64,000 bases of DNA from a virus (Duplodnaviria > Caudoviricetes). The notes under the pieces were generated by a model. The model did no database searches, was not told where the DNA came from, and saw only the letters and a list, made by a program, of their open reading frames with translations. The position numbers and the translations under genes were made by a program. Where the stretch lies: the IMG/VR virus record IMGVR_UViG_3300043105_000102, positions 91,945 through 155,944 of that record; one strand, given 5' to 3'. Shown here in pieces: positions 50,744-59,412 of this stretch (position 1 is its first letter; the number at the start of each line of letters is the position of its first letter).

Positions 50744-52318
50744 TTAACTCATAGATTCTAAATTAGCGATTGTTTTTTCGCTCTTCTCATCATCGGACTT
50801 TTCTGGGCGTCCAGTTTCTCCCGAAGAACTATCTTCTGTTGCAACTTGATTTTCTTGAGTAGAAGATTTGTCTCTGTTGCCCAAAAGAGCTTCGGCATTC
50901 ATAGTCGAACTCATTAAGGGCGGTATCATAATCTCACTCAAGTGCAAGACTTCATTTTCAAAGTTAGCCATATGAATAATTGAACTCTGAGAATGGCCCA
51001 TAGCAATTTGCGGCAGCATCTTAGAATAACCAATCTGAACTTGCTCTTTATACATCTTCGCCAGAGTCTGATAATTATCTTGGGTGGTTTCAAGCATATA
51101 AAGCCTAAATCCATATTTAGATTTATTCCTACCCAATTGCTGAACTACGCTATCATAAAAAGAACTAAGCTGTAAAAGCAAAGGCCGCATAGCTGATTCA
51201 TCAGCTAGAATTGACTTTGATAAAGAAAGGTTGCCGTCCGTATTAAATAAGTTCTTAGAAATACCAAGAGAGTTATAAACCGCACGTTCCATCTTCTCCA
51301 AATCGTCAGTAGAAGTAGTAGTATTAGAGTCCGCCATATCTTCAACATCAACATCAGCAAAGGTTGTTAAAACGTCAACTCCAATAGCATGACTAAGCAT
51401 TTCTACCGCATTATTATGAATATCAGTAGCTTCATCAAGGTCAAATACTAGGTCGCCGTTCTTATCAGTCGGCAATTTTTGAATAACAATCTTTAATAGC
51501 TTCTGCATTTGTTTGCGGCGGTCAAGGTCTTGGGCCGCGTCCAAATCAAGAATCTCTGGAATTGAGTTAATAAAAAGGGGTTGGTCAGCGTTACTAAAGC
51601 TAAACTTGATTGTAGAATCAGGGTCTAATAAATACCAACCGCCAAAAGATTCTCCAATATAATCGGCCTCCAATTTACCTTGCTTATACAGATTGTATCC
51701 CTTTTGGAAGTCTTTGGGGAACATCTTTAAGATTCTCATTCTGTAAGATACATCTCTAAAGCTATCATCAAAAAATTTCATATTAAACTCTACAGCAGGT
51801 CGGCCACTTACGCTGTAGCGCGAACGGCAATAATTAACTGGCAATTGCTGTAAGACTAGTCCATCAGAAGAAGGAACTATATAACCATAATAGGCTCCAT
51901 CTTTTACAACACTAAGAGCTATATCGTTACATTGCTGCTTAATGTGCGTATTATCTAGATAGTGCATTATACGGTTAAAGTCTTTAAGAATTTTTTCTTC
52001 GGCCACAGTCTTATCATAGACTTCGGGAACTAAGTACCAATCATATCTATACATGGTCGCTACATAGTTACAAGCTGTTGCATAAATACCATTAGTATTA
52101 TAGAAGAAATTAGAAATTTCCCGCATTAAGGGATAATTTCTGTCGGCCATAGCCTTTAAAACAGTCTGCTTGTTCCCATAGTACCTGTTAGCTTTTGGGA
52201 TGCTGCCAAGGTTTAAAACCGCATCATCTAATATCTTGGCGCCGACCTTAACTTTGCCGTATTCAGTGGGGCCACACGCTATATTAAAGCCCTTTTCGTG
52301 ATTCTTACTTTTTTCCAA
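50744..52318 (-). CDS. Portal protein
   Basis: 524 aa between terminase and protease; C-terminal GRPEKSDDEKSEKT motif. Confidence 0.8.
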   Translation of the reverse strand: MEKSKNHEKGFNIACGPTEYGKVKVGAKILDDAVLNLGSIPKANRYYGNKQTVLKAMADRNYPLMREISNFFYNTNGIYATACNYVATMYRYDWYLVPEVYDKTVAEEKILKDFNRIMHYLDNTHIKQQCNDIALSVVKDGAYYGYIVPSSDGLVLQQLPVNYCRSRYSVSGRPAVEFNMKFFDDSFRDVSYRMRILKMFPKDFQKGYNLYKQGKLEADYIGESFGGWYLLDPDSTIKFSFSNADQPLFINSIPEILDLDAAQDLDRRKQMQKLLKIVIQKLPTDKNGDLVFDLDEATDIHNNAVEMLSHAIGVDVLTTFADVDVEDMADSNTTTSTDDLEKMERAVYNSLGISKNLFNTDGNLSLSKSILADESAMRPLLLQLSSFYDSVVQQLGRNKSKYGFRLYMLETTQDNYQTLAKMYKEQVQIGYSKMLPQIAMGHSQSSIIHMANFENEVLHLSEIMIPPLMSSTMNAEALLGNRDKSSTQENQVATEDSSSGETGRPEKSDDEKSEKTIANLESMS

Positions 52319-52331
52319 TCATTCCACCTCC

Positions 52332-52697
52332 TTAATACCCAGCTTTTTTCATTATATAATCATAGGAAATAAGATTTTCCTCGGTATAAGGAATCTCTAT
52401 TAGCTTAAATTCATGGAGAGCGCAAAATCTGCGCTTTTTATTATCATTGAATTGCTGTTGGTAAAATCCTCTTTTTCCGCCAAACTTAGAGCTAGGCTCA
52501 TAATGTTGCTTACCTTGGTATTCAATGATAAAATCTATTTTATCGTCATCATCAAAGACAACAAAATCAAAACGAAGGGGCTTTCCATTAGAACTCTTCA
52601 AATCAGGGAAAATATACTCCATTTTGTATTTAAACCCGGAGTCCTCAAGAATCTCGTGAATTTTAATCTCTGCTCTACTTGCGTCCAATTTAGTCAC
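52332..52697 (-). CDS. DUF559/Vsr-like PD-(D/E)xK endonuclease
   Basis: LRFDF...IIEYQGKQHY...DNKKRRFC...LIEIPY. Confidence 0.7.
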   Translation of the reverse strand: MTKLDASRAEIKIHEILEDSGFKYKMEYIFPDLKSSNGKPLRFDFVVFDDDDKIDFIIEYQGKQHYEPSSKFGGKRGFYQQQFNDNKKRRFCALHEFKLIEIPYTEENLISYDYIMKKAGY

Positions 52698-52713
52698 CCC
52701 TTCCTTTATGTAT

Positions 52714-53571
52714 TTAATTGAAAAGTTTCCACTCTTTAAAGTTGCGGTTTTTCTTTTTCTTTTTACTATCTTCTTCTTGCTTTATATAATATAATCCATA
52801 CTCCAAGCTAGAGACTTTATCTTTGGCAATACCACGGTTTACTTGCTTTAATATAATATTAACGCCCTCATTAGTTTGCCGCAAATTTAGCATTTCTTCT
52901 TTTAAAACACTGGTTAATTTGTAAGGCTTTAAGTAATCAGCTCTTTGTTCAGGCTTCATGCTTTGCCCCACCTTGGTACCTAACAATTTATTTTGGGCCA
53001 CTCTTTCATCAATCAGAAGCTTAAGCTTTCCAGAACTGATTTGCTCTTGGAGGTTAGCATGGGCTTCTGTGTTAATGGGGGCGCTTGCCTTAATAATATA
53101 AACAGCGTTCATTTCACAGTTAGGAGTTTGAAATTTCTTATAAAAGTTATCGGCATCGTTATAAATTCCAAAATCATTAAAGATTTCATTTGTATCAGGG
53201 TCTACCTGAGATTTTACCAGATAATCTATGAGGCCAATGCCGATACCATTACCATCGACCACTAGACGTCTTGCTTTATATTTATAGAATAATCTTTTTA
53301 TTTTGATGGTCTGTTCCTCAAAGTGTTCATCGTTCATGGTATAAATATTAACAAGTTGCTTTAAAGAAACGCCTTGAGATTGCGGCGTAACTTTCAGAAC
53401 CATAAGAACTGAGTCGCACCCACGCCGACCAACGTCTAGCGTAAGGACATAATAAGTGCCTTTTCCCGATCGTCCAGAAGCTTCATACTCTGCTTGCCGC
53501 AAAATTCTATTTCTTTCAAAAGCTTCACTACTAAAGAACGCATCTTCGGTACTTCCTGACCATCGACTTTC
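52714..53571 (-). CDS. terL: Terminase large subunit, exon 3 (RNase H-like nuclease domain)
   Basis: Begins ESRWSGSTEDAFF; TLDVGR, VVDGNGIG, KDKVSSLEY. Spliced TerL = 234+57+285 = 576 aa. Confidence 0.9.
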   Translation of the reverse strand, partial: ESRWSGSTEDAFFSSEAFERNRILRQAEYEASGRSGKGTYYVLTLDVGRRGCDSVLMVLKVTPQSQGVSLKQLVNIYTMNDEHFEEQTIKIKRLFYKYKARRLVVDGNGIGIGLIDYLVKSQVDPDTNEIFNDFGIYNDADNFYKKFQTPNCEMNAVYIIKASAPINTEAHANLQEQISSGKLKLLIDERVAQNKLLGTKVGQSMKPEQRADYLKPYKLTSVLKEEMLNLRQTNEGVNIILKQVNRGIAKDKVSSLEYGLYYIKQEEDSKKKKKNRNFKEWKLFN

Positions 53572-54312
53572 CATTTTTCTTGCGATATTTTGCGAAATAT
53601 CTCTCTGGTTTTCGCCAGAAGGTGAGAACACATCATCTACATAACGCCACACAAAACCCTTATATGTTTTAACTTTACCTCGGCAGCATTCACCAATATG
53701 CGCAGAATTTTTGAGTCCTAAGGCGCGAGCTGCTGTTCCAACAGAAGGATATGTTGTAATAAACTTACCTTTTAAGTCATACTGATTAACGGGTTTTGAC
53801 TTACCAGTGCTTTTATATTCTTTGGTTTCCCCCAATTCAGGAAAATAAGACCAATAGAAGTTTCCACTTAAAGTCTTGACTTTCTTATTTAATTCTTGTA
53901 AAATAATTGAGTACCTTATTTGGGTGGCGGCCGCGGCTTCATCTATTGTCAAGTACTCTGCAACTAATTGCTTATTTTTATTAAAGCAAAATACATGATT
54001 TGCTACTTGGCTTTGGCTTTCTTCTTGAATCGCCCATTCAAGATTATCCACACAATTATTTAATTTATTACCGTCAATATGATTTATCCTATTTTTACTT
54101 TTATCTATTTTTTCGATAAAAGTTTCGGCCACTAATCTATGAGCATAGCATCTTTTCTTCTTTCCAGAAGGAAGAACTATAGTGTAATAAAGATAACCGT
54201 TCTTTTGGTCTATTTGGCCTTTTAAAAATTTATCGGTATTTGAGTTAAAGCATTTTCCATCTTGTGTAATATAATATGAGGTACCGATATTATTGATAAC
54301 AATGTTTTCCAT
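52714..54312 (-). CDS. Intron-encoded HNH/NUMOD1 homing-endonuclease ORF read through into terL exon 3 (532 aa)
   Basis: RBS GAAAGG and ATG at 54312; AHRLVAETF...NHIDGNKLNN.VDNLEW; two NUMOD1-like segments; no stop before exon 3. Confidence 0.75.
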   Translation of the reverse strand: MENIVINNIGTSYYITQDGKCFNSNTDKFLKGQIDQKNGYLYYTIVLPSGKKKRCYAHRLVAETFIEKIDKSKNRINHIDGNKLNNCVDNLEWAIQEESQSQVANHVFCFNKNKQLVAEYLTIDEAAAATQIRYSIILQELNKKVKTLSGNFYWSYFPELGETKEYKSTGKSKPVNQYDLKGKFITTYPSVGTAARALGLKNSAHIGECCRGKVKTYKGFVWRYVDDVFSPSGENQRDISQNIARKMESRWSGSTEDAFFSSEAFERNRILRQAEYEASGRSGKGTYYVLTLDVGRRGCDSVLMVLKVTPQSQGVSLKQLVNIYTMNDEHFEEQTIKIKRLFYKYKARRLVVDGNGIGIGLIDYLVKSQVDPDTNEIFNDFGIYNDADNFYKKFQTPNCEMNAVYIIKASAPINTEAHANLQEQISSGKLKLLIDERVAQNKLLGTKVGQSMKPEQRADYLKPYKLTSVLKEEMLNLRQTNEGVNIILKQVNRGIAKDKVSSLEYGLYYIKQEEDSKKKKKNRNFKEWKLFN

Positions 54313-54530
54313 AATAACAACCTTTCCGTTATTTTTGTAGTATTGCGCTGCTTAACGCTCTGTTAAGTCTTGTTCGTTGAACCTTCCCCTGTTCGGGGCT
54401 TGGCTGCTGATTATCCAATCCAATTTATTTTCAAACTTTCACGCTTAATTTTATTTCATATTTACGTTGTAGTTAAACTGGCTCTGAGGACTTTCCAGCA
54501 ATTCACAATATTTAAAGAATACAAAAGTCT
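53572..54530 (-). mobile_element. Group I intron (terL intron 2, 959 nt) with HNH ORF in L8
   Basis: P1 AGAAUAU/GUAUUCU with U.G at the splice site; P10 GACUUUU/GAAAGUC; P AAUUGCUGGAAA; Q AAUCAGCAGC; P7 GAACA/UGUUC; terminal G. Removal gives SFSREY|ESRW. Confidence 0.9.
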
Positions 54531-54701
54531 ATATTCTCTGCTAAAGGAAGCTTCGTTAAAGGTACCATCTAATTTTAGGTCTTTAACAAAGTTCTTATCT
54601 AGTAATTTGACAAGGACGGGAATACGATAGGTGCCGCCCATTATCATAGATTTTTCTGGTTTAACAATTTGCCAAACCAAAAGCTGTATTAACTTATCAT
54701 A
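54531..54701 (-). CDS. terL: Terminase large subunit, exon 2 (57 codons)
   Basis: YDKLIQLL...NEASFSREY, in phase 0 with both flanking exons. Confidence 0.88.
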
Positions 54702-54997
54702 CAAAAATTGGACTATTTCTTAGTCTAAAGTACTTTATTTTTTGGCTAGACAAAATGGATTTTTTTGTCCAAGACTTTAGACCCTTCGCGCTTCGATGCT
54801 GGAATTGCGCCAGTCACCTACTCTACTTGCTTTTGCTTTCGATAGTCTCTGAACCTTCCGCTCTTCTAAGCGGCTTGGCACAGCGTTAGTTTTAGACCTT
54901 CACTGTTAGCAGCGCTATGCGCCACACCCCAGTATTCTGGGTTCACGAAGTTTTTCCATATAATATCACTATTATAGGCCCCTATGATAATGCTATA
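54702..54997 (-). ncRNA. Group I intron (terL intron 1, 296 nt, ORF-less)
   Basis: P1 CCCU/GGGG; P10 UUAUCAUA/UAUGAUAA; R GGUUCAGAGACUA; S AAGAAAUAGUCC; ends in G. Removal gives KNTYP|YDKL. Confidence 0.9.
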
Positions 54998-55699
54998 AGG
55001 GTAAGTATTTTTGTATCCAGCCGTTGTAATATACAATTGGCTCTTATTTAATTGCTCTTCTGGATGTGTTGAACCATCCGCACACCTACGAGAAATGTTC
55101 ATGGTAGGTATAATTACTTCTGATAATATTTTGCCATCAACGCCGACACATTCTTCAATAACTCCGGCGTGTCTTCTCTTACCACGAGAAGTTTCTCTGG
55201 CGGCTATGTTGTCAAAGTAGGAACCATTCTTAAAACAATATTTAACGTAGTCCTTACTCTGCTGGGTGGTACCACGAGAATGTTCAATCTCGTTATCAAA
55301 AGCAGGAATAAGCTGACAAATTTCTTGCACTTTTTCCTTCATGATTCCGGCTGCTTGCTGTTTGCCGCCCGAAGTAACAAACAACTTACATTTGGGATAT
55401 AGTATACAACGTATCATTAAAATCATTATAGATAGGAATGATTTGCTGTAGGCTCTAGGGAATACTGCGTATACGTACTGGTGCCGCATACCTATACGCA
55501 GGAAAACTCTTTGATAGAAATAGAATTGGAAATTTTGAGGATTGCCGAACCGCAATAACAAATCTACGAACATATCAGGATATTCTCGCCAAAAGGCTAT
55601 ATAAGAGCGGCCAACTGGTATTACGGCCCGCAACCTTTCTTCAGAAAGTCCTATCTTTTTTCGTTGAGTCGTTAAGTCTAATAGTTCTTGTAGCGCCAT
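54998..55699 (-). CDS. terL: Terminase large subunit, exon 1 (ATPase domain)
   Basis: FYQRVFLR (Q motif), PRAYSKSF (Walker A variant), GVIEEC (Walker B), YITTAG (coupling motif). Confidence 0.9.
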
Positions 55700-56151
55700 T
55701 ATATTTTCGAAGCCTCTTTCAGTTTGTCAATTAGATCTTCTGTGGCCTCGGCCTCATCTTGCTCGAAGTCAAGGAAATCTTCAATGTCAGCGTCCTTAAG
55801 TTCTTCGATGCGATCGAGGGTGAGTTCTTCATCAATTTCCACATCTTCATCTTCTTCTTTGGCTTCCTCAATGGCCATCTTCTTGACAGCTCCCTCAATC
55901 AGGCTGCCCAAATTCATTTCATCTACTATCAAATTTCTTGTATATTGTTTTAAATCTAAAATGGTTTCATCCACTTTATCTTGCGGCTTATCGGTATAAT
56001 ATCTAGGAATAAACCCTTCTTTCTCGCAAAGTTCCACAAATTCGGCGAAGGAATCAATGCCATCAGTTTCAGATTTATTTTGTCGAGCAGTAAAGTTACC
56101 GCTCTTCATAAGACTATCATACATCTTAACCATTTTTTGTGCGCCATCTAC
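55699..56151 (-). CDS. Terminase-associated (TerS-like) protein, exon 2
   Basis: VDGAQKMVKMYDSLMKSG...; stop overlaps the terL start (TAATG). Confidence 0.75.
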   Translation of the reverse strand, partial: VDGAQKMVKMYDSLMKSGNFTARQNKSETDGIDSFAEFVELCEKEGFIPRYYTDKPQDKVDETILDLKQYTRNLIVDEMNLGSLIEGAVKKMAIEEAKEEDEDVEIDEELTLDRIEELKDADIEDFLDFEQDEAEATEDLIDKLKEASKI

Positions 56152-57296
56152 CATTACGTTACGAGAAATCGCTACTTTCTCTCTCTATATTTCTATAGAG
56201 GTCAGACTATATCTTCGTTTATAAAAAACGCTCTCCTTTTCGGTTTTGCTTAAAACCTACTCCTTTTCAGGATAGTCGTTGAACTTGTTATCTTTCACCA
56301 AATTTCCAATAATATCCTCCTGCTCTTTGCTTCTTCCTTATAGCCCTACTAATGTTACTTATATGTAACTCTTTTTGGGCTACATTGATTGAAGGATACT
56401 TACTTATTATATTAAAGTCATTATCTAGTTGCACTATTTCCTTGCAGCAATTATTTGTTTTTATTTCATAAACTGCGTGTAAATTATTTTTTTGGTATGT
56501 TGTCTTTTCTAAATTATCAATTTTATTATTTTTCTTATTTCCGTCTATGTGATTAATTACAAATCCTTCCAAATCACAATCGTTTTTAAATTGGGTATAA
56601 ACAAGAGCATGAATCCGAAACTTTTTATTTTTGCCCTTTTTCCATAGATTTACGACCAAATAGCCACCAGCATTATCTTCATATTGTTTTAGTAGCCTTT
56701 TTGTATTGATATTCATAACTCTTCCAAAAGATGAAATCAAATAATTAGGATAATCTTTTATCATTTTCCATTGTTCTTGCGGCAAATTTTTAATATATTT
56801 ATTTATTGTTTGATTTCCTTTTTTTCTTAGTCCTAATTTTATTGCATGTTGACTGTTTTCTTTTTCCGTTACCCATTCTAAATTGGACAAAACAAAATTA
56901 TGAGTGTTTCCATCAATATGATTTACTATATTTTTACCTTCGATCTTTGGTAAAAACATTTCCGCTACCATTCTATGTACTTTTATTTTTTTCTTTTTTC
57001 CGTTGATGGTTAAATTGTAAGTTGGATAAGTATTGGTCATTTGTGGTGATAGAAACTTATCAGACAAATGACTATAGCACCTACCATCACTATAAATATC
57101 ATAAGAAGTATTGTAATATTGTTTGAACATTTTATTTTCCTTTTTTGGTGAAATATATTTAGCTGCTGATTGCCCAATCTTTATAATTTTCAAGCATTCT
57201 AGCTTAACCTTAAAGAAGGTTTTCTATGTAGCTTATAAAGCTTTAAGGGGTTCCCAGCAATTAAGAGAGTTTAAAGGGAACATAGATTTTTGGTTT
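56152..57296 (-). mobile_element. Group I intron (1145 nt) with HNH ORF between Q and R (L6)
   Basis: P1 GGGGAU/GUUCCC; P10 AUCUAU/GUAGAU; P AAUUGCUGGGAA; Q AAUCAGCAGC; R GUUCAACGACUA; S AAGAUAUAGUCU; terminal G. Removal gives LLDIGD|VDGAQK. Confidence 0.9.
56288..57130 (-). CDS. Intron-encoded homing endonuclease, tandem NUMOD4-HNH domains plus NUMOD1-like tail
   Basis: VHRMVAEMF...NHIDGN...NLEWVTEKENSQHA and WKMIKDYPNYLISSFGRV...NHIDGNKKNN..DNLE...NNLHA. ATG at 57130 lies outside the ribozyme core. Confidence 0.88.
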   Translation of the reverse strand: MFKQYYNTSYDIYSDGRCYSHLSDKFLSPQMTNTYPTYNLTINGKKKKIKVHRMVAEMFLPKIEGKNIVNHIDGNTHNFVLSNLEWVTEKENSQHAIKLGLRKKGNQTINKYIKNLPQEQWKMIKDYPNYLISSFGRVMNINTKRLLKQYEDNAGGYLVVNLWKKGKNKKFRIHALVYTQFKNDCDLEGFVINHIDGNKKNNKIDNLEKTTYQKNNLHAVYEIKTNNCCKEIVQLDNDFNIISKYPSINVAQKELHISNISRAIRKKQRAGGYYWKFGER

Positions 57297-58019
57297 ATCC
57301 CCTATGTCCAAAAGCTGATTAGCTTTTAAGGACGTTTTGCACACTAGCTTTAAAACATCTTCATGGCCCGCCCCTTGAATATCATAAGATTGGGTCATTT
57401 CATTATAAAGTTGCTCCAACCGCACCCATTCTATTGGCTTATAGGGCTTGCCCCATTTTAGCTTTAAGAATTTTAGATCTTCTTCGGTCAAATCTTTAGT
57501 TAATTCTTCATCATCACTATCATCTTTATCGAAGTAATCCTCTACGGGTTCTTGTTGGGGAGGAGCAGGTCGCGGCACCGGGCAATCATCTTTGACCGAA
57601 AGTACTTGAGCTATGTCAATATTTTCATAGCCTTGGCGTTTCATGGTCTGCTCAATTTGATGCTCCTCCATTTTTTCAATAAAATCATTGTCTTTCCAGC
57701 GATAATTGCACCATTGCGATAATTGCATTTTGCCCAAGTAGCGGCCAAGAATAGTAGACCCAGTAACTTTAGCTGGGTCTTTGGCATATTTGACCATTAA
57801 CTTATTCCACTCTTTTGGAATATACGGCACATCGCACTCTTGAAGAATCCAAGTATAGGTATCAGGGTTCCAGTTATCAACGTGCATTGTAACACATTTT
57901 TTACATTGATTCAGTCGCCCATTAGGATACTTCTCAAGATTATAGGTTTTATAGAACTCGCCGCCGCGCATAGTCCTATTACACTTCTCGCAAAAAAAGA
58001 CACCTTCTTTTGTCGCCAT
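57297..58019 (-). CDS. Terminase-associated (TerS-like) protein with N-terminal Zn finger, exon 1
   Basis: CEKC...CKKC; spliced product 391 aa directly upstream of terL. TerS identity rests on synteny only. Confidence 0.7.
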
Positions 58020-58065
58020 TAAATAATACCTCCTTTATTCTCAGTCTAAAAAATTGGTTGTAAAA

Positions 58066-59121
58066 TTAACCTTTTTTGACCGGATTATTTCGGCATTCTT
58101 TACAAATACTATAGAAGCCGTCTTTACTGGTATTATTTTTACTAAAATATTTATTATGCGCCAACTTGACTTTGCCGCATCGACTGCAACGCTTATATTT
58201 GCCCTTCTCTATATTGAGATAATACCAATCAAGAAATTCATCTTCGGCTGCGGAAGCTATTAACTTTGGAATTTTTCGGCGCCAAAGACTAGAGATGTAT
58301 TCAACGCTATGGGTACTTCCAAATTTTTCCAGAAGCAGAGATTGAATTTGGGTATTTTGAAGGCCATCTATCTTAGCGACTACTAATTCTTCATATAAAG
58401 GGTAGGGCCGCAACGCTTCACCACTTACTTGATCGAAGGATTCCAAAAGGTACCAAAGGTCAGAATCAAAATTTCCTTCGGCGCTCTCCTTAAGTCGTGA
58501 ATAGTTACAGAGAATGGCGGAACAGATTTTAGGGTCGCATAGAGAAAATCCTGCGGGAATTACGTATTCTTCAGAATTTAAGTTATAAGAGTCCTCTAAG
58601 GAAGGAGCGATGGTAGTGTGCGGGACGCTATTAAAACTTATAGGCTTGCGGTAAGCATTTTTAATTATGTATTGGTCTTTCCGCATTTCTATTAAAGCTT
58701 TCCGCATTGTATACGCATCTTTTCCTTTAGCTTGCTTGGTTTCTTTCTCCCAGTCATTTATGGTATCGCGCAATTGCTTGAGTAAAGGAATTTCTTTTAA
58801 GTCTTTCTTGGTTATAGTTACTTTTGGTTGGAATATAGTGGTTTTACTTTCGTTAATTAAGGCATATATACCATCTTCGCCATTTTCAAACTGGGCGGCC
58901 AAGCCCTCAAAGGAGGTTTCTCTTTTATTTACTGTAGTAAGACGATTCTCTGTTAGGATTTTTCGTTCTTTTCTTTCTTCTTTCTCCACAGGGAGGACTA
59001 GATAATCGGCCAAAAGGGTTAAGTAAGATTCTGATAAAGGTTCAGTAGCTTCTTCAACAATTTTTTTGACTAATTCATTTCGTTCTTCAATGGAGGTTAT
59101 TGTATAATCTAGCTTTAAAAT
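58066..59121 (-). CDS. Putative transcription regulator (HTH-like region plus C-terminal Zn finger)
   Basis: KRCSRC...SICKEC. Frame stays open upstream of the ORF-track start (59013) to an ATT 7 nt after GGAGGTG. Confidence 0.65.
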   Translation of the reverse strand: MLKLDYTITSIEERNELVKKIVEEATEPLSESYLTLLADYLVLPVEKEERKERKILTENRLTTVNKRETSFEGLAAQFENGEDGIYALINESKTTIFQPKVTITKKDLKEIPLLKQLRDTINDWEKETKQAKGKDAYTMRKALIEMRKDQYIIKNAYRKPISFNSVPHTTIAPSLEDSYNLNSEEYVIPAGFSLCDPKICSAILCNYSRLKESAEGNFDSDLWYLLESFDQVSGEALRPYPLYEELVVAKIDGLQNTQIQSLLLEKFGSTHSVEYISSLWRRKIPKLIASAAEDEFLDWYYLNIEKGKYKRCSRCGKVKLAHNKYFSKNNTSKDGFYSICKECRNNPVKKG

Positions 59122-59142
59122 TTCAGGTCACCTCCTGATTGA

Positions 59143-59201
59143 ATTGTATCATATTTTTCAAAGAAAGTCAACTAGACAGAGAAAAAATTTTTTGATATAA
59201 T
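59143..59201. promoter_or_regulatory. Back-to-back divergent sigma-A promoters
   Basis: Minus: TTGACT-N17-TACAAT (59171-59143). Plus: TAGACA-N17-TATAAT (59173-59201). Confidence 0.7.
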
Positions 59202-59223
59202 TTTAAAAAAGGAGGAATTTTTT

Positions 59224-59412
59224 ATGGCTATTGGATTATGGATTTTGATTGGGCTTTCTTTGGTGGCGCAATATATTGAAACTATCAGGAAAATTGGAGT
59301 AATTGATAAGATTTTAGTTTGTGTTATTTTATTGGCGGCTGGGCCTTGCTTTTTGGTGGTTAGCTTTTTGAGTGCGGTTTTGGAAGGGATTTATCCGGGG
59401 GGTTGGGAATAA
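59224..59412 (+). CDS. Small membrane protein (62 aa, two hydrophobic segments)
   Basis: AAGGAGG RBS and upstream promoter. Confidence 0.75.
   Translation: MAIGLWILIGLSLVAQYIETIRKIGVIDKILVCVILLAAGPCFLVVSFLSAVLEGIYPGGWE

Noticed and set aside
53572-56154. All three introns end in an in-frame ATG or TTG, allowing exon re-initiation
   Set aside because: A terminal UG is common in group I introns and no good RBS precedes these codons.
52714-58019. Fragmented terminase as pseudogene, stop-codon recoding or intein
   Set aside because: Group I cores with exact in-frame splice junctions explain every break; other genes are full length in the standard code; no intein motifs seen.
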